A DNA stretch of 64,000 bases. Source: Candidatus Omnitrophota bacterium (lineage in GTDB: Bacteria; Omnitrophota; Omnitrophia; Omnitrophales; Aquincolibacteriaceae). Where the stretch lies: assembly GCA_043732705.1 (NCBI GenBank), contig JAYTHE010000025.1, positions 315-64,314 on the forward strand, in the 5' to 3' direction. The notes below the pieces were generated by a model. It was not told where the DNA came from. It made no database searches and saw nothing but the letters and a program-made list of their open reading frames with translations. The position numbers and the translations under genes are program-made. Positions 48,642-58,281 of the stretch are shown piece by piece. Position 1 is the stretch's first letter. Each line of letters begins with the position of its first letter.

Positions 48642-48730
48642 GCCTCGCCACGACTTATTTTTCAGCAGACTCGGCACAGCGCTGAGTATTGTTTTAAATG
48701 ACGACTCGTCATTTAAATCTTCAAGAAGCG

Positions 48731-48919
48731 CTAGTCGCTAGCCTCAGCTGAAAAGCTGGAAATTTCGTCGTCTTCGAATTCGACGGTGATTTGAATCGGG
48801 CGGCAGCAGGTTTCACAATCTTGAATAAATCTTTGGAAACTTCCGCCTGTAATATCGAGGCGCGCGTTGAGTTCAACGCCGCAATGTGGGCACGAAAAAG
48901 CGTAGTCTGGTTCGACCAT
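48731..48919 (-). CDS. CPXCG-motif cysteine-rich protein
   Basis: CPHCG...QDCETCCRPI; ATG at 48919. Confidence 0.88.
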   Translation of the reverse strand: MVEPDYAFSCPHCGVELNARLDITGGSFQRFIQDCETCCRPIQITVEFEDDEISSFSAEASD

Positions 48920-48920
48920 G

Positions 48921-49331
48921 TCAGTCTCCGAAGGGTCTAGAACGCATTTTCTTTTTTTGACCCTGATGCTTTTTTGCATCCAGCATCTTATTCTTTGCAC
49001 GTTTAGACCGTTTCTGTTTTTGCTTCTTAATTTTAAAAATACGCTTAGCTTCGGAACTTTGCTCACCAAGAATCTGCGTTTCGATTTTTTGAACGAGCAA
49101 AACACGCGCAAAGTAACGGTTCATCGCCTGTGAGCGTGTTTCCTGGCATTTCACAATCAAGCCTGTTGGATGATATTTAAGCATCACGCAAGTCGAAACT
49201 TTATTCACATGCTGGCCGCCTGCCCCGCCCGAACGTGCGAAGATTTCTTCGATATCATTTTCACGAATACCGAACTTTTCCATCTTTTGCTTAAGCGCAT
49301 CAACCTTGGCTTGGGAAACTAAAAAACTCAT
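48921..49331 (-). CDS. ArfB-like peptidyl-tRNA hydrolase (RF-1 domain)
   Basis: [22 protein letters not shown] and a basic C-terminal tail. Confidence 0.9.
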   Translation of the reverse strand: MSFLVSQAKVDALKQKMEKFGIRENDIEEIFARSGGAGGQHVNKVSTCVMLKYHPTGLIVKCQETRSQAMNRYFARVLLVQKIETQILGEQSSEAKRIFKIKKQKQKRSKRAKNKMLDAKKHQGQKKKMRSRPFGD

Positions 49332-49354
49332 GGAGGCATTCTACTTGCACAGCA

Positions 49355-49851
49355 CTAAGGATGAAACCCAATTTTAGGTTTGGGTTTTTCTTCTTGGGCA
49401 ACCATTTTCCGAATCACTTCAAAGACCGCTTGAAATTGCCCGTCGTATTTTCCTTCCATCTCCCTCAATTTTTTCAAAATTACTTCATGGCTGCGAATCA
49501 TCTCCCTTAGCCGGGTAAAAGTCCGCATGATTTGGATATTCACCTGTATCGCCTGTTTGGATCGAAGAACGCTCGAGAGCATGGCAACTCCATTTTCGGT
49601 AAAAACATAGGGCAAATAGCGTCTTCCTCATATTTCAAACTTGAGGTTGCAAATTGCAACCTCAAGTTTTCCATTTCTTTTTCAGTTAACCGAAACATAA
49701 AGTCATCGGGAAAGCGGTCTTTATTACGGCGAACCGCTAAGTTCACATATTTTGTCTCAACGCCATAAAGGGCAGAGAGATCATGATCCAACATAACTTT
49801 CTTGCCTTGTATCAGGTAGATTTTACTCTCGATAATATCCAAGTCTTTCAT
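49355..49851 (-). pseudogene. ORF6N-domain DNA-binding protein, split by a 1-nt frameshift
   Basis: KVMLDHDLSALYGVET..RFPDDFMF in one frame and [17 protein letters not shown] in another; restoring one G near 49630 gives the canonical [11 protein letters not shown]. Confidence 0.85.
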
Positions 49852-49934
49852 ATTTAAATTTATTATATATCATATTTTAATGAAATAAAAGCATAATCCC
49901 TGAGGTCACAAATTGCGCCCTCAAGTTAGAATCG

Positions 49935-51794
49935 TTAAGAAAAAAGTTGCCTTAGGGAAGGTTCGGATTGGCTCAGGAAATCTACTTTGCGGGCAACTTC
50001 AGAGTTTTCAATAAGCGGCGGTGCATGATGCGGCTTAAGACGCGCATCCAAGATTACCGGGCCGACACAGCCCCAATGTTTGAATTGCGTGAATTCGCCC
50101 AAACCATAAATATCATGCGAAGGATTAGAACGAGTAAAAGTGGCCCACAGAAAATTATCCGTATTTTTTGCCACAAAATCGGCGTCATCGCAAAGAACAA
50201 TCAGCGGAAATTCTTTTACAGGTTCGTTGTGATCAATCTGCGCAATGACAGCCAAAATTTCATTACGCGCCTTTTCATAACTGTGAAACTTTGTCATTTG
50301 AACCGCTAAAATACCCGGCATCACGAAGCGCATTTCGCCTAAATTAGGATCGGCTGCGGGAGCTTTTTCAGGCAATTTACGAATCAGCTCCCCCGCGGCA
50401 GCAATGACAACTTTAGAACCTTGATTCAGGCCTGTTCCCGAATAATCCAAAGTATCAATCGTCGTCATAGTTTGAAAATGTAAATCTTTGCGCGGATCGA
50501 AACGCTCCAAAATATGTTTAAAAAAAGCGGGAATGTCATGCGTATCTAATTTTAAATCATCTTCACTCGCGGACAGAAAAATAAATTTCGCAAGTGACAG
50601 CGGGCCATATCCCAGAATCGCATTCGCTAATTGCAGCAGCTCCTGTGGCTTGCGCTTTTGATACGGCGCATAGCGCTCACTGCCGATGGCCAATAAAAGC
50701 GGGTGGACGCCGGCGGCATCAACCGCATTCACTTCTTTAACGCCCGGGATCACACTTTGAATCACGGTACCGGCCATATCATGAATTAATTTTCCGAATT
50801 GGGAATCTTCCTGCGGCGGGCGGCCCACCACCGTAAACGGCCAAACCGCGTCTTTGCGGTGATAAACTTTGTGAACTTTCATAAACGGAAAATCATGCTT
50901 CAATGAGTAATATCCCAAATGATCGCCGAATGGCCCTTCGGATTTCAGCGCTTTCGGATCGACTGTACCTGTGATACAAAAATCAGCATCAACTGAAATG
51001 ACAAAACCATCACGGATCGCATAACGAAAACCCCGTCCATTCAATGCACCCGCAAATAAAACTTCGGGAATACCTTCCGGACAATACATCACTGCGGCAA
51101 AAGCATGCGAAGGTGGGCCTCCGACAAAGATGCTTACCTTAAGCGGTTCGCCGCGTTCGAGCGCGGCTTGGTGATGTATGCCAATATCGCGGCGAATTTG
51201 ATAATGCAAACCGATTTCTTTGTTGGGCTCGTATTCGTTACCAGAAAGTTGAATGCGGTACATTCCCAGATTGGAATTCATAATGCCGGGCTTATTTTGA
51301 TTTTCGGTATAGACCTGCGGCAAAAGAATAAATGCCCCACCGTCTTTTTCCCAACAGCGGATTTGAGGCAGTTGATCGATTGTCGTTTCACATTCGAGGC
51401 ATGGCCCGTGCAAAACTTTTTGCGGTAATGCCGAAAGCGCAAAAAGCGGCATATCTAACAAATAGCGAAGAGGGCTTTTAAAGAAGTTTTTGGAATCTGC
51501 TTTCAATTCAAAGGCTTTCTTAACCCGCGTCCAAGTACCGCGAAAAAGAAATTGCGTGCGTTCTTCCGTACCGTAAAGATTCGAAACACATGGAAACGGC
51601 GAACCTTTGACCTTCTCAAACAAAATCGCTGGGCCGCCCAATTGAGCAGTTACATTTTTTCCGCTGCCGCCGGAACGGATACGTCGATGAATTTCCGCCA
51701 TTTCCAAATCCGGATCGACTTCCTGTTTAATCCGGATCAGCTGCCCGTTTTTTTCAAGATCATCCAAACATGCGCGCAGCGAAGAGTAATGCAT
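49935..51794 (-). CDS. UbiD family prFMN-dependent decarboxylase (long form, possibly menaquinone pathway)
   Basis: NLGMYR, EGPFGDHLGYY, TVVGRPPQED and DTLDYSG. Confidence 0.92.
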   Translation of the reverse strand: MHYSSLRACLDDLEKNGQLIRIKQEVDPDLEMAEIHRRIRSGGSGKNVTAQLGGPAILFEKVKGSPFPCVSNLYGTEERTQFLFRGTWTRVKKAFELKADSKNFFKSPLRYLLDMPLFALSALPQKVLHGPCLECETTIDQLPQIRCWEKDGGAFILLPQVYTENQNKPGIMNSNLGMYRIQLSGNEYEPNKEIGLHYQIRRDIGIHHQAALERGEPLKVSIFVGGPPSHAFAAVMYCPEGIPEVLFAGALNGRGFRYAIRDGFVISVDADFCITGTVDPKALKSEGPFGDHLGYYSLKHDFPFMKVHKVYHRKDAVWPFTVVGRPPQEDSQFGKLIHDMAGTVIQSVIPGVKEVNAVDAAGVHPLLLAIGSERYAPYQKRKPQELLQLANAILGYGPLSLAKFIFLSASEDDLKLDTHDIPAFFKHILERFDPRKDLHFQTMTTIDTLDYSGTGLNQGSKVVIAAAGELIRKLPEKAPAADPNLGEMRFVMPGILAVQMTKFHSYEKARNEILAVIAQIDHNEPVKEFPLIVLCDDADFVAKNTDNFLWATFTRSNPSHDIYGLGEFTQFKHWGCVGPVILDARLKPHHAPPLIENSEVARKVDFLSQSEPSLRQLFS

Positions 51795-51797
51795 GTT

Positions 51798-52481
51798 TTA
51801 CTTTTTCTTTTCGATCTCTTTAACTTTCTCGAGGCTGATTCTGCGTAAAGGGCAATATGGCTTGTCCTTCCATTGGTTTTTGAGAAAAGATTTACGGCCG
51901 GAGCCCATGCTGTACATGTTGTAATGTGTGGCGTTTTTCTTGTAATAGTCTTGATGGTATTCTTCCGCGCGCGTCCAATTCTTCAAAGGCTGAACATCCA
52001 CCGTGATGGGCGATTTAAAGATTTTGCTTTCATTTAAAATCTTCTTGGATTCAGCCGCGATCATTTTTTCTTCGTCATTCTGAAAAAAAATCGCGGATAA
52101 ATACTGCGGACCATGATCGGCGAATTGGCCGCCTGCCTGCGTGGGATTGATCGTTGTCCAATAAACATTCAGCAAGTCTTCATACGTCACTTTTGCGGGG
52201 GCATAAATGACTTCAATCGCTTCATAAGCTCCGGTATTACCCTCCGAAACCTGGTCATAGTTCGGATTCGGAACTTTGGAGTTGGCATAACCGGAATCAA
52301 CGCTGATCACGCCCGCAGTTTTTTCAAACGGCGCTTCCATGCACCAGAAACATCCGCCCGCGAAATAAGCTTTTTGAGTATTCGCCACAACCGGCTCCTT
52401 TGTTCTTTTAAAATAAATCTGTGCCGATAGATACCCCGGCAGCAAAACCATCAATCCCAAAATCAGAAATAATTTTTTCAT
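51798..52481 (-). CDS. msrA: Peptide-methionine (S)-S-oxide reductase, exported
   Basis: FAGGCFWCME and AEEYHQDYY; signal peptide. Confidence 0.95.
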   Translation of the reverse strand: MKKLFLILGLMVLLPGYLSAQIYFKRTKEPVVANTQKAYFAGGCFWCMEAPFEKTAGVISVDSGYANSKVPNPNYDQVSEGNTGAYEAIEVIYAPAKVTYEDLLNVYWTTINPTQAGGQFADHGPQYLSAIFFQNDEEKMIAAESKKILNESKIFKSPITVDVQPLKNWTRAEEYHQDYYKKNATHYNMYSMGSGRKSFLKNQWKDKPYCPLRRISLEKVKEIEKKK

Positions 52482-52789
52482 TAATAAGTTTTTCCGTGCA
52501 GTTTCTCACGTGTTTTATTAAACGACATTTTCCATTCAATTTGCTTTTCAAGGTCAATTCCCAATCCGCCGCACATATCAAATAGACGAATGGCAGTATC
52601 AGCTAATTCATCTTCAAACGTATCTTTTTGGCCGGTGCCGAATTTTCCGTGGCGATGCGCTTCAATTGCTTCACCAAGCTCAGATGTGATCAGCATGAGC
52701 ATTTCGCCAACATTGCGGTCTTTTTCCCAAAAGCCCTTGGCTTTGGCATTTCCGTGACATTGATTAATCCATTCAGTAATACTAGGCAT
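52481..52789 (-). CDS. MazG-like nucleotide pyrophosphohydrolase
   Basis: SELGEAIEA..EDELADTAIR..KMSFN; GGAGG RBS before ATG at 52789. Confidence 0.85.
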   Translation of the reverse strand: MPSITEWINQCHGNAKAKGFWEKDRNVGEMLMLITSELGEAIEAHRHGKFGTGQKDTFEDELADTAIRLFDMCGGLGIDLEKQIEWKMSFNKTREKLHGKTY

Positions 52790-52807
52790 GAAACCTCCAT
52801 AAAAAAA

Positions 52808-52892
52808 GACCATAGACAATCGACTATGGACTATAAACTTAAAGAAAATAACTAAAGATGTGGCTATAGTCTATGGTCAATTGTCTATAGTC
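52808..52892. repeat. Inverted clusters of degenerate heptamers (GACYATR / YTATRGTC)
   Basis: gaccatagacaatcgactatggactata ... ctatagtctatggtcaattgtctatagtc. Confidence 0.75.
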
Positions 52893-52911
52893 GGCAACAC
52901 GATTATTGCGG

Positions 52912-54150
52912 CTATTCAAGCAGGGAGTAGAAATTGGAGACAGCGGGATCGGCAAAGATCGAGGAAGGCGTCCAACCGGACAAAGTCAGCCCCTGCTTGG
53001 TACGGACGCGGCTCAATGCTACATAAGCCTGTCCGGGCTCCCAAAGCGACCTTAAATCCACATGCGCACGGTCCAGGGTCGCCCCCTGAATTTTATGAAT
53101 CGTGGAGGCATAAGCGAGGTTCACGGGAAAATTCATGGCATGCGCGACTTCATCGCCTTCCGCATTATGAATCGAAAAACCAAAGGTCGTGACTTCGATT
53201 TGTTCGCCGTCGACTTCAACCGCCAAACTCTCTTCCGAAAAATCAACGACTTTGCCGACCGTACCGTTTACAAACCGCTGTTTGGGGTCATTAATGCGAA
53301 ACATTACAAGCGCGCCTTTTTTTAATTCGAGAACTTCTGGAATGGGCGCGTCTTTTTTAATTTGAGTGAGATACGGCTCTGCACCCAAATATTCTGTAGG
53401 AAAGGATTGCGAATCACTCGTGAGGCGTTTGAGGCAAATTAGATTATATTTTTCGGTTTGCTCACGGCGCGGAAAAAGGCGCGGCACACCGTCTTCCACC
53501 TCTTCATCAGAAATAACGAGCGAATCCAGAAAATCTTTGACCTCAAGATCCAATTTTCCAATGCGAATCTTATTCAGCACTTCCAAAAACGAGCTGTCTT
53601 TCGTACGGACTTGATCCTTCAAAACACAAATTTGAAAATCCGAACGCTGCCAGGCGGGAGAATCAAAGCACCAGCGTTTTTCCTGTCCGCGCGAAATCGG
53701 CGGCAGCTGCGCAAAATCCCCTACGGCCACGACACGAATACCGCCCCAGGGCGCGTTATTTTTTCTTACAATGCGCGCGACTTGCTCGGCACAATCAAGC
53801 GCATCGGCGGGAATCATGGAAACTTCGTCGATGACGATACAATCGCACTTTTTGATGCGTTTTTTAACGCGCGCGTTGGACGCGGCTTTTTCTAAAATCG
53901 CGGCCACGGGGCCTTGCATAATTCCGAGGCCAAAAAAACTGTGGAAGGTTCGTCCGCCAATCACAATCGCCGCGGCACCCGTCGAAGCAAGAATATCAAT
54001 CGCTACGGGAGATTCATTGAAAAAACGCCGGATAAGAAAACTTTTTCCCGTACCGGGGCCGCCGGTGAGAAAAACATTGCGTGCGGAATTGAGCAATGAC
54101 TCCCATGCAATTGTTTGCGAGCCAGTTAGCTCAATTTTTTTAGAAGTCAT
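52912..54150 (-). CDS. Pif1 family 5'-3' DNA helicase
   Basis: GGPGTGKS, GRTFHSFFG, DEVSM, GDFAQLPP, TIHKIQG and GQAYVALSR. Confidence 0.93.
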   Translation of the reverse strand: MTSKKIELTGSQTIAWESLLNSARNVFLTGGPGTGKSFLIRRFFNESPVAIDILASTGAAAIVIGGRTFHSFFGLGIMQGPVAAILEKAASNARVKKRIKKCDCIVIDEVSMIPADALDCAEQVARIVRKNNAPWGGIRVVAVGDFAQLPPISRGQEKRWCFDSPAWQRSDFQICVLKDQVRTKDSSFLEVLNKIRIGKLDLEVKDFLDSLVISDEEVEDGVPRLFPRREQTEKYNLICLKRLTSDSQSFPTEYLGAEPYLTQIKKDAPIPEVLELKKGALVMFRINDPKQRFVNGTVGKVVDFSEESLAVEVDGEQIEVTTFGFSIHNAEGDEVAHAMNFPVNLAYASTIHKIQGATLDRAHVDLRSLWEPGQAYVALSRVRTKQGLTLSGWTPSSIFADPAVSNFYSLLE

Positions 54151-54180
54151 GCGATTTTTTTGAGCTCATATACTTTTTCC

Positions 54181-54338
54181 CATGTTCGTTCAAAAAGCTT
54201 TAGATGCAAGGCGCAAACAAGTGCCCGCGGAGGCGTAGTAAAACCTACGCCTCACAAGCTGCAAATCGTTTGGCGATTTGCTAAAGCAAATCACTGGCAG
54301 TTTGCAACGCAGCAGATGAAACTTTTTCAACGAGCATG
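54181..54338. repeat. Structured repeat family B, copy 4 (carries an extra internal hairpin)
   Basis: CATGTTCGTTCAAAAAG...CTTTTTCAACGAGCATG arms, conserved core, added GATTTGCT-AA-AGCAAATC. Confidence 0.88.
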
Positions 54339-55724
54339 TTAGTCGGCTTCGTTCATGGAGACAATGCGGAGAAACAAAGAGCCAATGCGGGATTTACCGT
54401 TCAAAGTTAAATCCGACACCACAACTTGATTGATGCGGTTTTTGCTATCATCGGTCATGGAATAACGCTCAGCCCAAGTGCAATGAATCACATAATGTAA
54501 ACCATTGATTTGCCCCAGATAAAGCATGATGTGATGCGGCATGCGGATCAACGTGATGCCTTCGCGTGCAATCGCTAAAGTAGCAATTTTCTGGCCTTCG
54601 GCGGTAAAGGGCTCAAAGCTGTTCAAAAAAGTTCCGATCACACCCTGTTCTTTGGAATTGCGCGGCACTTCAATCCCCATACTCATAAATACGTCGAAAG
54701 TAAAACCGGAGCAATCACGGCCTCCCCAAAAATTTCCCCAGCCATAACGCGCGCCTAGCAACTTAAACGCCTGGCGGATCATATTGCGCTGGGTATAAGG
54801 CAAGCGTCCCTTGGAGACGTCGCTTGATTTACCGATATAAACTTTCTCCAGAGAAACATCGCCGCCCTTACCACGCACCGGCAAAAGTGATTCATAATAA
54901 TTGGCCGTTTCGCCTTGAATCGGAAAATGCGTACCCATGCTTGCTTCCGTGCGTACTTCCGTTAAACCGGGATTCGCAAAAACCGGAATTTCAGAACCGG
55001 TCGCAATTAAATAGTCATGCTTGCGAATAACATAAGACTTCAGCTTTTCCTGTGAATCAAAAACAGCAAGATCACGGGTCTTCACCCAACCGCGCACATA
55101 CGGCGCCTGAACATAAGACCATGCGCCATCTTTCGTCGTGTGATAAATCGCGACAGGCGACCATGTTTTTATTTTGCTGTATTGCACCATATCAAATTCA
55201 ACATCGCCTTTTTCCTCGAGCATGCCGACATCCGTCGGAATCGCGCGTGCGGAAGCGTATTTAACTGCCGCAGCCCAACGCACTTTGATTTTTAAAGGAA
55301 TGCTATCAAGCCGCATATTGGGTTTGATGTCATCTTCAAAAAAACTTTTGGGAATATATTTATCATCTTTGTTAAATAATTTGCGGTTCGCGATGGCCCC
55401 ATATTCACTTTTCGCGAGCGCTTTTACTTCGGAGCCGGACACAGTGTTTTTAATTTTGAAAACATTTATGCGGTCATCCGAAAACCGGACGATTTCATCG
55501 TTGAAGCTTTCAACCTGAGCGTCGGTCTTGATTACTTTATCCGGGGTTTTGAGACGATTGATCCAAAAATCAGCCTTAAACATTTCAGGCGTGTCGCTTG
55601 TCAAAAGCAAAGGTCCTTTCGGAAGCGGCGGCAATGTTTTTTCCAGCTCCTGAGCGCGAACGGGAGAAGTAATTAAAAGAATGGCGATAAATAACGCGGA
55701 AATTTTTCGAATTTTAAAACTCAT
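54339..55724 (-). CDS. Secreted SH3 + NlpC/P60 peptidoglycan hydrolase
   Basis: Signal peptide; YGWG..RDCSGF, PRNS and HIMLYLG. Confidence 0.92.
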   Translation of the reverse strand: MSFKIRKISALFIAILLITSPVRAQELEKTLPPLPKGPLLLTSDTPEMFKADFWINRLKTPDKVIKTDAQVESFNDEIVRFSDDRINVFKIKNTVSGSEVKALAKSEYGAIANRKLFNKDDKYIPKSFFEDDIKPNMRLDSIPLKIKVRWAAAVKYASARAIPTDVGMLEEKGDVEFDMVQYSKIKTWSPVAIYHTTKDGAWSYVQAPYVRGWVKTRDLAVFDSQEKLKSYVIRKHDYLIATGSEIPVFANPGLTEVRTEASMGTHFPIQGETANYYESLLPVRGKGGDVSLEKVYIGKSSDVSKGRLPYTQRNMIRQAFKLLGARYGWGNFWGGRDCSGFTFDVFMSMGIEVPRNSKEQGVIGTFLNSFEPFTAEGQKIATLAIAREGITLIRMPHHIMLYLGQINGLHYVIHCTWAERYSMTDDSKNRINQVVVSDLTLNGKSRIGSLFLRIVSMNEAD

Positions 55725-55829
55725 GCTGCTCCTGAAAAAAATGATGAAATACGACTATATAATTACGAACTATTTTATAAATTCTTAACGAAAGATAAGG
55801 ATAGAGTGTACAAACTTCAACCATGCCCG

Positions 55830-56357
55830 TCATCCCTTTTTTAGCAGAGAATCATTGCCCACCCAAGCAGCGTCTTCGACCCGGATCATTGAGCTTAAGA
55901 TCGCCGGGCCCCGGAAAGCCGTGTCGATTTCCAAAGTGCATAAAGTTCCGGTGCCCATGTCCAGGGCAATCGGCACATCCTTGCCCGTCAAAAGGCAGGA
56001 AATACACTCGCTTACAAACGGCTGATGCGTCACGATGAGAATCGACTTGAACTGAGCCCAGGAAGTCAGCAGTTCTTTGCGGAATTTATGGAATAAAGCG
56101 TCGGGAGTGAGATTATCGGTAAGAGCAATCTCCCGTTCAAATTGGAAGACATCTGCGACAATTTGGGCCGATTCCAAAGCACGAGGATAAGAACTAGAGA
56201 GAATACGGTCAAATTCCAGTCCCATTTTCAGATAACCTTTGGCCGCGCTCCGCAGGGTTTCGCGGCCTTCGCGGGTTAAAACCCGCGAACGATCATCATG
56301 ATGATTGTTCGAATGAATCGGTTCAGCCTGAGCATGCCTAAGAAAGTGCAATATCAT
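55830..56357 (-). CDS. sixA: Phosphohistidine phosphatase SixA
   Basis: LRHAQA, SSSYPRALESA and VTHQP. Confidence 0.85.
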   Translation of the reverse strand: MILHFLRHAQAEPIHSNNHHDDRSRVLTREGRETLRSAAKGYLKMGLEFDRILSSSYPRALESAQIVADVFQFEREIALTDNLTPDALFHKFRKELLTSWAQFKSILIVTHQPFVSECISCLLTGKDVPIALDMGTGTLCTLEIDTAFRGPAILSSMIRVEDAAWVGNDSLLKKG

Positions 56358-56367
56358 CTTATGTCCG

Positions 56368-57231
56368 TTATGGAATTAGCTTTTTAAGTTTCCCAAGGGT
56401 TTGTTTGGCCTCGCCCAACCCTGACGAAACGGCTTTTACCGGATTTAAAAGTGACTTTTCGGGGCAAGGCAGCGCCATCAGTTCACAGCGCATTTGCAAA
56501 TCATTACCATGCGGCGAAAGCCAAATCCCAAAAAAAGCCTGTTCAAAATCACGCCCCGAAATCCGGATCATAATGTTATGAGCCTTAATCATGGCAGTTC
56601 CTCTCCCAGGAATGTACGGAAATTCATACCGATCACCCTTTTGAGGTGAATCAAATGCCGCGCTTAATTTTTGAAAATCAGCCTCAACCGTGGGAATGCT
56701 CACATCCGGATTAGCATAAACACTTTCGCGGATCGCATTCACTACTTTTTCTTTAGGAACATCTAAGCGATACTCCAAAATCAAAACTTTTTCCACATCT
56801 GGAATATCCCCTGAAATATCCACACCTTCAGGAACATAAAGCGCAATGGAATAAATAGTCAGCAGCGAAATTGCGCTCATTTCAAATTTACGAATAGTTA
56901 CGCCGCGCAACGTTAAAATTTTTCCGTTCAATTCGATCGCGTGCTCAAACTGCGCGCCAGCTTTTTCTGTAGGTGCTTCCGCGGTGGCATGCGACTTAAT
57001 AAAGAAAATGGCATTCGGATCGACCGCAACGGTTGCGAGCTTGGCAGCAGGATTTGCCTGGGATGAAATTATATCCATTGTTTTGGGAGATGGAACAATG
57101 AGATGAGGATCGTGGGCGGGCGGTACTTGTTCAATTTTCGGAGAGACCTTTTCTTTTTGAGGCCCGCAACCGGTCATGCCCCAAGCACAGGCCATACAGC
57201 CCCAAATAAACATAATCTTCACGTGTTTCAT
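56368..57231 (-). CDS. Chalcone-isomerase-like fold lipoprotein
   Basis: Lipobox-like MTGC; LTLRGVTIRK, IYSIALY, KGDRY and FFGIWL. Confidence 0.8.
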   Translation of the reverse strand: MKHVKIMFIWGCMACAWGMTGCGPQKEKVSPKIEQVPPAHDPHLIVPSPKTMDIISSQANPAAKLATVAVDPNAIFFIKSHATAEAPTEKAGAQFEHAIELNGKILTLRGVTIRKFEMSAISLLTIYSIALYVPEGVDISGDIPDVEKVLILEYRLDVPKEKVVNAIRESVYANPDVSIPTVEADFQKLSAAFDSPQKGDRYEFPYIPGRGTAMIKAHNIMIRISGRDFEQAFFGIWLSPHGNDLQMRCELMALPCPEKSLLNPVKAVSSGLGEAKQTLGKLKKLIP

Positions 57232-57734
57232 GCTTGATTCAACCCCAAATATTCCGCGTAGGCCTGCGTAATATCATTGCTTTGTTGAGAACTGATCTGT
57301 TTCCCCGAAAGATTACTCTTTGCATTTCGCCTTTTCCCCTGAGAAGTCTCTTTCCGCGACAAGCCTAAAAAATTTGCTACAGACGTTGATTTTACCTTAA
57401 AAGCGCGTGCACTGTTACAAACATAATTATCATCTGAAACAATCGATGCAAAACGCGGCTGAGTTTGACGCAGATAATCAACGATACGATCATCAGCTTC
57501 CTCGCCTGTCATCGTATAAATGACTTCAAGTCGCCCGACAGATTCATCTGGAGAAAAGACATCGGACTTACCGTCAAAAACTATTGTAATTTTCGCAACA
57601 TCTCCGCGGGTTTGCAATAACGTTTTACAAAAACCGATTAACCCCCGCCGTGCTTCCTCCAAACTGCGAGAAAGCAGCTTTTCAAATGCCGGAGATTTGT
57701 GAATGATGTTATAACCATCTAAAATGTAATGCAT
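57228..57734 (-). CDS. NYN-domain (YacP/Rae1-like) ribonuclease
   Basis: YILDGYNII, IVFDG, EEADDRI and VSDD. Confidence 0.9.
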   Translation of the reverse strand: MHYILDGYNIIHKSPAFEKLLSRSLEEARRGLIGFCKTLLQTRGDVAKITIVFDGKSDVFSPDESVGRLEVIYTMTGEEADDRIVDYLRQTQPRFASIVSDDNYVCNSARAFKVKSTSVANFLGLSRKETSQGKRRNAKSNLSGKQISSQQSNDITQAYAEYLGLNQA

Positions 57735-57735
57735 G

Positions 57736-58281
57736 TTACATCATCCCCAAATGAAGTTTCGCGGCCTCGGTCATTTTGCCGCGGTCCCAGGCCGGCTCCC
57801 AAACGATTTCAACTTTGGCTTCCGTTACGCCGGGAATGCGTTTTAATTTACTTTCGGCTTCAACTTTTAATACATCGCCCATTCCGCAGCCTGGCGCGGT
57901 CAAAGTCATTTTAACTTCGACTCGGCTTTTTTCATTTTCAAGCGCATAAACTTTGCAGTCATAAACCAAGCCCAGCTCGACAATATTTACCGGAATTTCC
58001 GGGTCAAAAATAGTTTTCAGCCAATCCCAAGCCTGCTCTTCAATCGTTCTTGATTTTCCGTCCACTTCGGTCGGAATCGGCGGTAAAGCTTCTTTTCCGA
58101 GCGCATCCGCATCCTGTCCGGCAATGCGAAGCATTTGCCCGTTTTGCGCGATAATCGTATAACTGCCGCCCAAAGCCTGGGTAATACGTACTTCCATGCC
58201 TTCCGGCAGAGAAACTTCCTCCCCGCTTGGAACCTGTGCCGCAATCACATCACGCGTAAGTTTGATTAATTCATACTTCAT
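57736..58281 (-). CDS. sufT: Fe-S assembly protein SufT (DUF59)
   Basis: ITQALGGSYT, DPEIPVNIVELGLVY and MTLTAPGCGMG. Confidence 0.93.
   Translation of the reverse strand: MKYELIKLTRDVIAAQVPSGEEVSLPEGMEVRITQALGGSYTIIAQNGQMLRIAGQDADALGKEALPPIPTEVDGKSRTIEEQAWDWLKTIFDPEIPVNIVELGLVYDCKVYALENEKSRVEVKMTLTAPGCGMGDVLKVEAESKLKRIPGVTEAKVEIVWEPAWDRGKMTEAAKLHLGMM

Noticed and set aside
54140-54170. MSSKKS mini-ORF resembling the Pif1 start MTSKKI
   Set aside because: Too short and A-rich to distinguish from chance
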